64,000 nt of DNA from Phoronis australis (lineage: Eukaryota > Animalia > Phoronida): the NCBI GenBank assembly GCA_002633005.1, contig NMRA01000123.1:402364-466363 (forward strand). The letters run 5' to 3'. Numbering within the stretch: position 1 is the first letter of the stretch; each line of letters begins with the position of its first letter. Below are positions 24,718 to 37,579 of the stretch, piece after piece. The notes beneath the pieces are model-generated. The model did not search any database and was not told where the DNA came from. It saw only the letters and a list, made by a program, of their open reading frames with translations. Both the position numbers and the translations under genes were made by a program.

Positions 24718-26184
24718 TTAAGACCCTTTGGTCCTTCATACAGTAGGACAGTGGTGTTCTATGGGAGTGCACCCGGGAGTGCACACGAGGACAACATGAA
24801 GCATAAAATATGGTAATAGTCACTTACTGTGATCAAGTTTCATCCACTGGATAACAGGCGTTACTCAGTGATTGGTTGCTTTTCGAAATCGGAGACCACA
24901 CTAAGTGACTATTACCTAAAAATGTCTGATCCAATGCAAAGGAGTCGATCAATCACTGGTTGGCAGCATAACTGAAAATTCTGGATAAATAATTGAAAAT
25001 CAGATAGACTCAGAGTGCTCATTACCACTGTTTGTTGACACTTGCGTTATTTTGGATCGTCCAACACTGGTTAACCGTCAAGCGAAGCTTTCACTCTGTA
25101 CGCCGCTGGACGTCGGGCCTCAGAAAGCCGCTACCGTCATTAGCGTTAGTGTCAATGATTGAAATGATTGTTCATAAACATGTTGGCATATACACCAGTA
25201 ATAATCTCATAATCGTGAGTGGGCTGCGTTCTTCCGGAGGGATATCCGCAATTTGGCATCCTACTTACTAGCACAGATAGGCAAGCACTCACCTCTGGCT
25301 CGTGATTGGACTTAGGGCTGGCGAGTTTATGTCTTCGGAATACTCAATACTCTTCCACTTGAATTCTGCGTCATTACATGCTCACGAATCAGTCTGATTA
25401 TTATACTGACTACTGTTAGTAAATATGATAACTGGTACATTTAAAATTTTCAATAAACTGCCTTCGGCACGCACACGTTGCAACCAAACGATATGGCGTC
25501 AGTAAACTGTAATTACCTAAGGCGACTGATTTAAAGCTAAGTCTCCAGAAAGGTCAAAAGCGACATGCTTAACTTATACATGTACATAAATAACTTTCCA
25601 TTATTAAAAAACACGGGTGGGTTACAATTCGTCATGGCTTATCCAAAGTTGCAGATAGCCAATTCGTTCCCATTACGGAGATACCATTGTATTAAATTTA
25701 CAAAACGTACATGTAATTACCAATCAAACTAAAAAATCGGATTTTGGCTGCGTTGAGGTAAAAATGAATGTTTAGTGGGTAGCGGTAAACTCGTGAAAGA
25801 AAACATTCACTTGGCTAATTGGCTGGTACTAGGGTAAATAGTCGATGTTATTAGGTGAAAGAGTGAGATTACAGGATGGCAGACAATTTGATTCGTCGTT
25901 GTAAGAGAGAGTTGAAAGGAGGCGAAATATAAACGGTAAGACTTTTTACAGTTCCCAAAATACTTCACAGGAATTCAGTTTAGTAAGTACTAACACAAAC
26001 AACACTTTTTTCTCCCGCACTGGTGATTCAGTTCACTCCGGGGACTGATATTGTGTCATTTTTTATTTGGTCATTTTTTACCCATACATAGGCAAAGCTG
26101 TATATTTAGTATATAACTTTGTACCACGGATGGTCTTAAGCGGCTTTGATTATAGGCTATATACGACTGTCATAAAATTATACG

Positions 26185-27150
26185 TTAGTCTCTAAGGCAA
26201 TTTGGGTAGTTCCTTTTTCTCGGACATGTAAAGGATATAGATTTAAATGACTTACGCGCTGGAATAGTGCCATTGAACATCATTGCTTTCATCAGGTATT
26301 GTGATGCATCCCTACAGTAGGTGTACGACATGACAGGGTAACCACTTTCACCGCACAAATACGTTACGGGTATGTCTCTGCGATTTGACTCAAAATATCC
26401 AAATTCAACAAGTTTGTCAATCTTCCTATTTACATCTCTGCCATGCAGTTTCGCCGTTTGCCAACATCGCAGTAACACGGCCCTTGCCAACAATTTTGGT
26501 GGCTTCACACGCAATTTCTCGAAGCTCTTGGATAGAAAGAAACCACTATAGCCTACATTCTTCATATCTTGCATCATCCCACTAAAATGAGCCCGCGTCT
26601 TCTCCGAAACGAGTACAGTAAATATTGAAAACCCTGTGCTCCGGTAGGCATCTTTGACAAAGTTGATGTCATACTTCATGGGATTCCTCGTCTTCATGGT
26701 AGAAGTCTCCTGTGTAGGACCATCCGTAAGGACCACTAATATACCCGATGTGTCTGATGGTGAAAATATTTTTAAACGAGTTTCCGACAGGGCAAGGGCT
26801 AAGAGCCTTTTTTGTTTGCCACAATTCAACACAAAGCTTGCTGGCAGTTTTAGATTATCTAAAGCATTATGCCAAGAGCTTTTGCTCAAGAAATCGATTC
26901 TGATATCAGTCAAAACATCTGAAAACATTGCCATGCTGAAAACTTGCAAGTCGTCTTCAAACTCGTCTGCAAATGCGTAGAGAAATTCTTTTACTTGTTG
27001 AAACTTTTTCGCTGTTATTCCGATGCAAGACACCAGAAAATTAACCCTCATTGCACAGTTATTCGGTGGTTCAGTTATAGAAATGCACTCAGTTACTGCC
27101 AATGTCGCAATAAAAATGATCTCTATTCTTGAAAGTGCACCACGAAGCAT
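26185..27150 (-). CDS. Secreted vWA-domain protein (degenerate MIDAS) with C-terminal Cys-rich, SRCR-like segment
   Basis: 321-aa uninterrupted ORF; hydrophobic N-terminus; vWA hallmarks C..RVNFLV, FQQVKEFL, LVVLTDG, GFSIFTVLV, SFEKL..LL.C. Confidence 0.8.
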   Translation of the reverse strand: MLRGALSRIEIIFIATLAVTECISITEPPNNCAMRVNFLVSCIGITAKKFQQVKEFLYAFADEFEDDLQVFSMAMFSDVLTDIRIDFLSKSSWHNALDNLKLPASFVLNCGKQKRLLALALSETRLKIFSPSDTSGILVVLTDGPTQETSTMKTRNPMKYDINFVKDAYRSTGFSIFTVLVSEKTRAHFSGMMQDMKNVGYSGFFLSKSFEKLRVKPPKLLARAVLLRCWQTAKLHGRDVNRKIDKLVEFGYFESNRRDIPVTYLCGESGYPVMSYTYCRDASQYLMKAMMFNGTIPARKSFKSISFTCPRKRNYPNCLRD

Positions 27151-27766
27151 CTTCGATACCCCATTCAGGAAATGGAAAAAGATCTAAGTCAACTTCACAG
27201 CGTCGTTAATTCACTATGAACGTGCTAACTTGTTGAAACATGACGTTACCTTTGAGATGCATGCGCTTTCACGTAGTTAAAACTAGTTACATATTTGTCA
27301 GCATGAGTCTGCCTACTGTGGGAAGGACAAACCTATCCCATGGAAAGACGGACCCAAAACGGAAACGACGGACAATAACTCGGATGCATGGGTGTTGAAA
27401 GTACTGCCATTGTTGATTAATAATGTACATGTACACAATTAAACTTCGCAGGGTACCTTTCGAAGTCTCCATCTTTAGCACTACTATGACGTACAAACCG
27501 AGCCCATTTTTAGTAGCTGTGTATGACTAAACGTCAAGTTATAATCAGTAAACTGCCTTGAATCAAAGCAGGGGTATGAAGTCCTTACGTTGAAAGTTCA
27601 TGATTTAGTGTTATACACATAACGCTCGAATTGCACACCAAGTATCAGCCTGCACACGTCAACATTACGAACGTGTGAATACATTTATACCACAACATTA
27701 GCTTCAAATGGCAGATACAGCCGTGTAATAACCCATAAAGTTATCTCACTAGCAAGAAAACATTTT

Positions 27767-27846
27767 GGCGGGAAACCGCGGCCGGATTCGAACCCGGGCT
27801 TCAAGAGTTTCGAGTCGCAGACTTTACCACAGCACCACTCAGCGAC
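27767..27846 (-). mobile_element. tRNA-derived SINE head / tRNA pseudogene
   Basis: A-box-like TGGTGCTGTGG and B-box GGTTCGAATCC; stems do not form a full cloverleaf. Confidence 0.45.
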
Positions 27847-28383
27847 TTACGTCATCGAACGTGAAAATCGAATACTTCAATGAGCGCTCGCAGCAATCGC
27901 ATGTTCAGCAAAGGGCATTGCACCGACATTTATACGCTATGAAAAATAAGACGCATAATTTCTATAAAAACGATATTTTTATTCAGTGAAATTTTTCTCT
28001 CGTGTTCTCTCACTTGTAAATCACCGATCTCCAATTCGAATGCGGGTATCGTGTTGTCGGGATCCTTTGACTTGAGCATTATAGTCCGTTACTAGTGGTA
28101 ACCTACTTTAGCAGACGATATTTTCCCGGTCGAAGCTTAGCGTGATAAAATGTGTAGTAAGCTATAATAGTTGCTAAACCTGAAATTATAGATTCACTTT
28201 ATTTCTAATTTATTTTAGTTTTCAATTCATTTTGCGTAAAAGCATTATTTGACAAAAATATCTCGGCTTTTCTTAAAAGGTCACGACCTCCGACCCCGAG
28301 CCTTTGACATAGAGGGTAGTTACCAAGTCGAGGCGAGTCGAGAAAGATCGATTAATTGCAATGTTTCTCGTTCAGTATGTGGT

Positions 28384-28558
28384 ATAAATAGATTTTTACA
28401 TATTCTCGGTAGTTATCCCCCGTTTTCTAGAGCCCTCGTGGATTTTGTAGAATTATCACCTTCAGGGCTAACGCCCCTCGGGCGGTAATTCTCCAAAATC
28501 CACTCGGGCTTTAGATAACGGGGGATAACGACTTCGCCATGTAACAATCTATATTTAT
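28384..28558. repeat. ~175-bp imperfect palindrome (hairpin MITE); one arm also at ~23418-23500
   Basis: GTTATCCCCCGTT.TCTAGAGCCC..GTGGATTTTG mirrored by CAAAATCCACTCGGGCTTTAGATAACGGGGGATAAC. Confidence 0.8.
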
Positions 28559-31312
28559 ATTCAGAAATAATACGGCCAATATAACTGCACGGAAACCAAA
28601 CTCTTGGAAGGGACTTATTCACTTGAAGTTTTTTCTTTTGGATGTGAGCTTGTCATCCCGTCATTTTTTCTTAGCGGTAAACTCGAGAACTTAAGTATGC
28701 CCTTGGCTGATTGGCTAAGATTCGGGTCAGTACATGACGACATTAGGTCAAAAACTGAGATTGCAAGATGGCAGACGATTTGGTTAGAGGAAGTTAAAAC
28801 AGGCGAAATATATCTGGTAAGACCGTTTATGGTTCTGTAAACGTGTCAAGAGATTTCAATTTAGTTTGCACTAACACATGCATTAACCATTTTTCTCCCA
28901 TTCTTTTCACTAATGACCATTTCACAAACGCTCCTTGGCTCTTCATCTCTGTCTCAGAGGAACATTTGCTTTTATGCAATAGGTGATACCGTGTATATTT
29001 AAGAGTGAATGGACGAGAAAATTAGGCAATAGTGGGAATATGAGATGTCACAGATGTTTTGACATGTAGCTCATTTGTATACCTAGGTGGAATGATTAAT
29101 TACTAACATATATTTAGTTTTGAAAAATTATCGATTTCTGTTAAATTTGCCGTCTTACATTTTGGGGATAAAATCTGTTGTATGATGGTGCCAATTTTAG
29201 CAAAGGTAAAACCACTACTGCGAAACACCTGCACATGCAAAGTACTAATTGTTTCTAGCATGAAATTTTCTTTCCTGTATTAGTTGCGATATGCAAAAAC
29301 AATCATGTAAATTCAATTACAAATCATTCATTTCAAACGTGTTTTAACCATGGTTGTTGATGAGTAAAATTTTGCGCTGAAAATGTATGCTACATTTGAG
29401 CGCAACATCCCACAGAATAAATACACACCTCTTGTGAAAGATGGATCTTTGGTGCAACTGTTGAGGTAACTATTTTTGAGAATTGTAACCCTTACAGCCC
29501 GTTGCCACAGACATAACCATAGTCACCTAATGTCTGATGCACAGCAGGCAATACGCTAGAGGTGATTTTCACAGCAAAATAACTAAAATTGCTTACTAGT
29601 CACTAACTAAACTTGAAATAGGTATATCACGTGGAAGTTAATCTTGTGCTGGATGCAAAACCGAAGTTGTCGGCGTGAATTTCACATTTGGAAGCTTTTT
29701 GTCAAAACACAGTGCTGGATTTCAAGACTACGCGAGCTTGACGTGTTGCTGTTGCTCGGCTTCAGATTATGAAACGACCCGGAGTAGAGAAAACTTGTTA
29801 CATACATTCCTCGAATTTTGTTTTTAGCAATGTTGGCTATAGTGAATGATACAGTAGTTCTGTGAACGACTAAATTTGTTTCTTGAGTGAAAATGAGTGT
29901 GATGTCTCAATAGGTGAACTGCTTTTGCAGGGTTCTTTCCTGTCTATTGGGTAAGGACTGTATACATTCAAAATCCAGACCAATGCAATACCACTTTGAT
30001 CGGGCAATGTAGATACCCGAGAAAATGACAGATGATGAAATCTCTCGTTCCATTTGCTTACCCATCCAAAGTGATATCAGGAAGTCAAAGTACTTATCAG
30101 AGAAAACAAATGACGGAGCACAATACCCACCTTGGAGTTGGCAGAATTTCCGTTCCCAACTAGCCTACTCCTTTGGGACCGACTCGGGGATTATAGTGTT
30201 AGAAATCTAAGGGTGAAATCATTTGAGTAATCTTTATAAATTCCCTGTCAGCGACTCTGCTATTGAAACCATGGTACTCCATAAAACTAGGATGTCAATT
30301 TGCATTTACTGACACCATAGACTAAAGTACACGGATCGCCAACTCCGTATACTTTCAATGGACGAAATCTGTGCTGTTTCGCACAAGCCGGGAGTTCGGC
30401 CACACACGCAAAATGCAAAGGCGTTAGATTCCATATCGTACGGAGACCCTATAATCGGCTGTCGGAGAAAAACCTTTCAATAGATAGTGATTGACGAACT
30501 CCTGTCCTTACCAGGAACTTCAGCCACAGTATAGTGAGCGAATTAACCCAATTAGTCATCTTCGCTGGCCCTAATCAGGCGGTTACTATCTCAGCAGAAT
30601 GCGCAAATTTCGTCGGGATTTGGATCACCGACTAAGCCGATATATAAATACGTAGACAAATATACTGAATGCTAGTAAAACCTTTAACATCAATAAAGAT
30701 CACGCTAATAGTCCAAAAATAACCTACTGGCCTACTCAAAATCTATCTCTAAACTCAACAGCAGGTTACACACTCATTTCATGTCGAATGTATGCCGCAC
30801 AAAATCTCTACCACCTTAGCCAAGTACATTGCAGTTTATGAAAATACAACCAACTTCTTTGCAAACGTGGAACAGGAACACCAGAGGGGTGTGAAGGTTG
30901 TTTTTATTCTTCAATGTTAAATTTTTGTAAGCGGACAAATGATTTTTAAATTTCCTCCTTAAGTCCTACCATTTCCGAACTTAAGCCTTTCAAACGAACG
31001 TTTATGACAAAAACAAAATTCCTCAACCACCTCTAGGGTAAATAATGAAAAAATCCCACTCCTAATGTAACAAAAGGGTCCCCGTGCATAAAGGATAGTA
31101 AATATTTTCCTTCTGAAATATTACGTAAAATGTCAAATCAGATCAAGCGGTTTCGAAGTCCAGTTTTATTTTTATGAGCTTCAGTTGCACTGCACGCAAT
31201 CTTTTATGAATTAACCGTGGTTGGCTACAGACTGACCCATTTTTATGGAAACTCGCAAAGCAGAGAAACGTTTACACACATTACACCCTATAGCCTATGC
31301 AGCTCCTGGAGG

Positions 31313-31440
31313 AGGCGGTGTTGCCTAGTGTGATTGGTGCCTGCTTTCTTTACTCGAGGTCGTGGGTTTGAATCCCACTGGGTCAAATTGCTAAACCCGT
31401 GAAACATGTTTCAAGCTCCTCAGGTCGATTTAGCTCCATA
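31313..31440 (+). mobile_element. tRNA-derived SINE-like fragment
   Basis: A-box-like TTGCCTAGTG and B-box-like GGTTTGAATCC. Confidence 0.35.
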
Positions 31441-34400
31441 TTAATAAACCATAAAATGGTTTGCAAGTGATCAGTACAATGGGCCACATGCGTTGCCTGC
31501 GCATGTCTGTTACAACGTGTATCAAACCCCCTGCAATCATTTTTCAATGCAGCTCCTTATATAAACAAGGGCCTCTTTTTACTTTTGGTCCGGTATAAAT
31601 AACGCCACTGACCAGTAAGTCCAGCGAAACACTTCTACCTTACAAATGTGACAATCCTTAGTCTCAGAAAATTTGAGCACCCGGCAAAAGATACTAATGA
31701 TGAAATTCCGGTAATGATAACAATCCACTTTGTTTATTTACTTCACCTACACAATTTGAAATAGTCGGTAAAATGAAGCCCATTCGAGAAAGCACCATGT
31801 GGGTCCCGATGCCAACCCCAATATGATAGAACCCAACAAGCTCAAGTTGCGGTCAAATCAGGATGGCCATAAATAAGGAAATTTACTGTATCAACAGATT
31901 GGCCAAATAAAAATAAGATACAGTGTTGCTAAAGTGCAAACGTGCACAGTAATTGGTCTATCATTTTCCCGCCGTAAGTGCAAGAACCAATCAGATCACC
32001 AACGGCGCAAAATTTTCGAAAACAAACTTGATTCTTAGGAAGTCCTGTTACTGCTCTATTTATTTTCAAAATTTCATTGTGTTACATTTAATTTATTTTC
32101 TGTTCAACTCAATGAGGCCACCTAAAGGAGAATGTTTTTTCCGAAGAAATACGGTAAATATTAGCCAAAATACGATGTCATTGTTTCTGTTGTTTTTACT
32201 GGATAGAGAGCGGAGTGTGCTCACTTTGATTCCGGACACACAATTGGTTGTGACTTGTGAGCTCCAACAAAAGATTGCAAGAAGGCTTTAAGATGTTACC
32301 TGATCCTGTAAATTCCTTTCGTCTGGAGTTGAAACTGTCCGGGGTACATTTTTGACCTTACCAAGAAACTACTGGTGTTAGGAAAAACAATGGAAAGCAC
32401 ATAGGGACACATCTTCGAATTCGAGCTGGCACATTTAATAGAATTTCATTCACAATCCGAGAAAGAAGGCGTAAAGTGAATGAACCGTGTTTCTCCGTGT
32501 GATAAATACCATGCAAACTCATGAAATATGACGTCGCTTTCGCAAATGTAACAATGGTACACTTCTCGCACGTGCATTTGACGTAAATTATAACAATTAC
32601 AAAAAATGCAACAACTTGTTATATTTCAGGAGAGACCTAGCAACGTAAAATGTAAAGCGCCATAAAATGTAACAGTTGTTACACTTTACAAAATTGTTAC
32701 ATTTTACGGCGTATCAGTGTTTGAACTATTACACCTAACCTCAAGATTACGTATACCGACATTCAACCAATATTGAGCTCGGGCAAATAAGAAATATATA
32801 ATATCCCAAATGTGAACAAGGCCAAATGAAACCTGCCTGTCTTCAATACATAAGACTATCTAATCTTGAGATTGCTTGAGCTAACTAGAGATTTCATGCT
32901 TATCCTTGTATTCCTATGCACACGACGTCTCAGAATATTATACCAGTATCGGGACATGACATACCTAATGTGTCACAGCTAGTATTGTGTATAAGGGACC
33001 GTTCACATACTGCAATACGTCACCACTCGAAGGAGGAGGGGATTTCGAAAAGATGACGATAGGGGAGGATGATTTAGATTCAGAGTGATGTCATCATTTG
33101 GTTCATTAGAATATCTACATCACAGTAGATATCACTAGAAACTGAATCACCCTTCTAGAGGAAATGACTAATTCCACAACAGGGACACTTTCAAGGTTTT
33201 TGCAAAACGATAGAGTTATAATAACTGATAAGTTAACATTAAGTATTTCAATGAAAAAAGAAGAATGCATGACACCAAAAACACCCTGTACTGGTTGGTA
33301 AGGCACACAAACATACATGTATAGTGTATACATCGGCGGCTGAAGTCAGAGGTCGACGTATGCACTTGCAAAGACCCAATTTCCCGAAAGATGATTGGAA
33401 TTGTCTACTTTATGTTATGCCAAGGAATAATAATTACACTTTTATGCAGACGTTTTTTTTTTTCAAAAAATAAAACGCATGTAAGGAGTGCTCAGGTGTC
33501 TCAAGGAAAGTTACATGTACTTCAGTGATATGTACGCTACTTTTCTTTAACTATCTAGTATTACCAGGAAGAGATAAACACTTCCTGGTATTACTTGTCC
33601 TAGTACCTAAATCATCTTAGCTTGGCGAACTGGTAATTTGTACAGTTTGAAACGACGTGGTCTCACAGTTCAAAATGTGGTGTTATAGACTCTGGTGTAA
33701 AACAACTTGACACGCCGCGGAACTAGAGTTTCAAAAAGGCGTTCGCATTATGAATTTTTACCATGATGTTAATTTCTACGCCATTCAATGTACCCCCTTT
33801 ATGTGACCATGATGTGGGGAAGCACACTTCCATATGATTGGCCATCCAGAACGAGAAGGACAAGAAAAATGTTCACACAGAAACAACACAATGAGATACT
33901 GTAACCATTTCAAACAATAAAGTTTTGATCAGATTTATTTCAAAATATATTTATTTCAAAATATCACGATCACGCAGTAAAATTACACCGTGACAGTAAA
34001 CGGGAAAAGTCTAGCACGTACAAAGTTACAGTACCGTACTGGTACCATGTACATGTATGCACTCCACTTCTGCAAAAGTCAGATTTTAACCAACTGTAAG
34101 TTAATCCGACATTTACTGGCACACAATTATGTTATTAGTACATTTATATTGACAACACTCCGTCACAAAATAAATAAAATGACAAAACTCAATGGTCGTA
34201 AACTCAACCTACCCTGATTTTCCTCGAGTAAGACTGTTATATATTTTAAAAGCTCGCCAGGCTACAGAATATTTGCCCAATCTCTTGAAATCTACCGAAA
34301 CAACCTATCTACCATCTCAATATAATATTGTGGGGTGTAGCATTCTTGGGATTTCCTTTCCTTCGATCCTGTTCTATTCTTAGTAACCTGGCTACATTAA

Positions 34401-35987
34401 TTTTAATAAATCTTCGATTTGATGTCCACTCTGTAAAAATGCTCAACTATTAATCTTGTAGTCACTTTATGTGTTTCTTCGTTGCTAGAAAACAACAGAT
34501 ATCTTGGTCACTAAACCCTTAATCACATATCGGACTAAGAAGGAAAGTCAAGTAAAAGACCATGTAACATCGACTTACATGTAAGTGGGTGTTCTAGGGA
34601 CCAAATTAAGTTGAACAATATTGTTTATGTGATGGGATTCTCACCCACAAAATCATTTTATTTCAGTTTCAATTTTTAAACCTCGAATGACAAAAAAATT
34701 ATATCATTGATTCTGGGACTAATCTTTATACTAGAAATCGTTATTGTTCATGTTTTTGTTATAACTAAAAACCCTTCAAATCTGTTCTCAAGCATGCAAT
34801 GGTTTTCTTGGATGATTTTCAAAAAATTCTAGTTTGGACTTGATGATACTAACATAAAAGCTATGAGTTCTTACTTGTTATCTCGTGTTGTTTCAATATT
34901 GGTTGGTAGATACTGTACAGTTGTACTACACAACTGCACACGCATCTCCACTAACATGGTTCTTCAGCAAGATGGCGGACCACTCGAAAACCACGTGCCT
35001 TTAACACTAGTTATATTTATCTCATTGACCCAGCCACTATCACATTTTTGGGGTTTCAAAAGCAACACGTTAACCGAGTGTAAAATTCAATAATTGTTTT
35101 ATTGCATGATTGCATTTTCTAAGTAATTCAGGCAAGGAGGCTGGTTGGGCCTTTGATCGCTTGACGATTACTTTTTCAACTTGTGTTATTTATCCAAAAT
35201 ATTATAGAGAAAAAATGCTTCAGAATGGTCAAAGGAAAATTAATGATATTTTGTTAAAGATATCATATTTGAAGTCGTACAAAAAGGACAACCCTCACTT
35301 TGTACTATCAATGCGATTTTCAGCTGGGTATCGTCCATTTCCTTGACCTGGCCTCCCTATGCGCCAGTTCAGGAAGGATTCTTTAAAGTGAAGGGCAATC
35401 GCTGTTAGTGTCATTTTTATTTAAATACGATTTTCTGGATATCCTAGATAAAAGTTGAAGTTTAATTTAATTTCTGGTCTCTAATTAAAAATGCATGCGT
35501 CGCTTCGGAAGTGATGTTTGGGGCTCGAATCATACCCCGCTAGCTTTGTTTGTGCGACGATTGTGGACATCTGTTGCTCGTATACCATTTTCCAAAAAAG
35601 TGCCGTAATTTCTTGTCTTTGACAACTATTCAGTCATAGATTGAACTAGATTTCAGATCATTTGAAATTCTTCATTGTTTGATCTGGAATGGACGGGATA
35701 TGCCTGCGTAGGCCACCACCAAAGGAACACTAAAGTTATCATGTTATGAAAACTGAGCTGGTTACTGCATTTGGACGCTGCTGCCAGTGTTCATACACAC
35801 GTGGCATTGACTCCTTGTATAGTGGATGCAGCTCGCGACGCTATGCGTTTCAAACTCCTAGAAGGGGGGAGTCAAACTTCAAATTATACAGGATTTCTAC
35901 TTTCAGAAAATATATACTTTTACTGATTTAAAAATTAAAAACTATAGGTTTGTATATATTCGGTTAAATACATAGACTTGTCGTCAA

Positions 35988-36260
35988 GGTCCTGTTCGTT
36001 ATCTTAAATGGATAACAAGAATAACTGGTCCTGTTCGTTATCTTAAATGGATAACAAGAATAACTGGTCCTGTTCGTTATCTTAAATGGATAGCAAGAAT
36101 AACTGGTCCTGTTCGTTATCTTAAATGGATAACAAGAATAACTGGTCCTGTTCGTTATCTTAAATGGATAGCAAGAATAACTGGTCCTGTTCGTTATCTT
36201 ATATGGATAGCAAGAATAACTGGTCCTGTTCGTTATCTTAAATGGATAACAAGAATAACT
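35988..36260. repeat. 39-bp minisatellite x7 (GGTCCTGTTCGTTATCTTAAATGGATA[A/G]CAAGAATAACT)
   Basis: Seven head-to-tail near-identical units with no spacers. Confidence 0.95.
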
Positions 36261-36323
36261 GGTTTGATGTTTTGTTGAAGACAATTTTGGACCTTATGTG
36301 CACTATTTGTTTTGAAATGAAAG

Positions 36324-36704
36324 ATCTCTGCAAGGACAGAACGGAATGATTCAACCTTGGGATATCAATGCCCACCCGTGCACCAAACTACTTGTCTCGG
36401 GTGATCAACCGACACCTAACCAGAGCATCGCGGTTTCGACCTCAATGAAGAATGCGGGACCGAGTAGGGTTCGTATATTTAGAACAACATGTAGAAGTGG
36501 TGGAAAAAAGGAGCGTGGTCTCCGAAAGTCTCGAAGGACTTTGAATGGCTAAAGTTTGACCTGGGTCGGCTTGGAAATGTGACAGGGATTGTGACCAAAG
36601 GACATTCACAACAAATAGAGGCTTTTGTCAAGTCGTACATGGTACAGTACACAGACGCGAATGGACGGTGGCATATGATAGAAGACGACCTTTATAACAA
36701 TAAG
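36324..36704 (+). pseudogene. Frameshifted F5/8 type C (discoidin) domain exon
   Basis: CTKLLVSG..SIAVSTS..GPSRVRI, then in the -1 frame GAWSP..EWLKFDLG..VTGIVTKG..FVKSYMVQY..GRW..NNK|GTAAAT donor; frame break at an A6 run (36504-36509). Confidence 0.7.
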
Positions 36705-37579
36705 GTAAATATCGTTCTATTTGGATTCTCGAATTACTTAGTTATCTTGTTCCTCTGCACTGTTCATGAAACTACTTAAAACAAGGCGTATATTTTCCGT
36801 CTAACGCCCGCTCCGAATCGTATAAACATACATGTACGTGTACATGTACGTATCAAACGGTTAGGAAACGGAGAATGCTCCCCTTAGACGACACTGTAGC
36901 CTATGATTTTTTACTTAGGTTGTCGAGAATAGTGAACAAGTTACGGGAGCGGAAGCTAGCTGCGGGGGAATGGGCAGCGATCGGGACAGAATATGATGGG
37001 GATTGATATCGGGGAGGGAGATTGGGACGCGGAGTGGCGTTTTCATCAGGTGGCTACTGGATTAACTACATTTACGCGGGAAGAGTTGGGGGTGGGGTGT
37101 AGGTGCTTTACCTATGAAAAACTTTTCTTACTTCATTTACTCATAGCGATCCGTGCTGTATAACAAGAATCGAAGCTACAGTTTAAAATGGGCCTATGTT
37201 AAATTTTAATAGCATAAGCATTATGTACGGATTAAACCCCTACACAACGATCGTGCCAAGCCGTTAAGTATGGCGCGAAAGCAAATGGGTCCCATGAAAC
37301 GTGACAGGATGGGGTTTTAAAGTTTCATTTTGCCCAGTAGGACACAAACGGAAAAATACAAAGAAAACGGGAGTCCCCGTAAAACTAAGACAAAAGGGAC
37401 TACCATTGGCCGGGAGTTTCGAGCATGCACCCAACTCGAGTAGGGGCGACTATGAACCTCCTTAAGTTGGCTTCAGCTACATGTAGTGATGAATGATCAC
37501 AAGCAAAAGAATCAATGTTGTAAGAAAGTTTCCGTTGAAGTTTCCATTGTGGTTAGAACTTCCACTAAGAACTCAACAC

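Noticed and set aside
24826-25370. Possible downstream exons of the vWA gene (donor-like sites near 25291 and 24827)
   Set aside because: The vWA ORF has a stop before any donor, and the candidate exons contain stops or incompatible phases.
27767-27846. Functional tRNA gene (also 57430-57496)
   Set aside because: A/B boxes present but acceptor and anticodon stems do not pair; treated as SINE-like.
35988-36260. CRISPR-like array or repeat protein (TSYSCYPFKITNR)n
   Set aside because: Units are contiguous with no unique spacers, there are no cas genes and the context is eukaryotic; the frame is open only because 39 is a multiple of 3.
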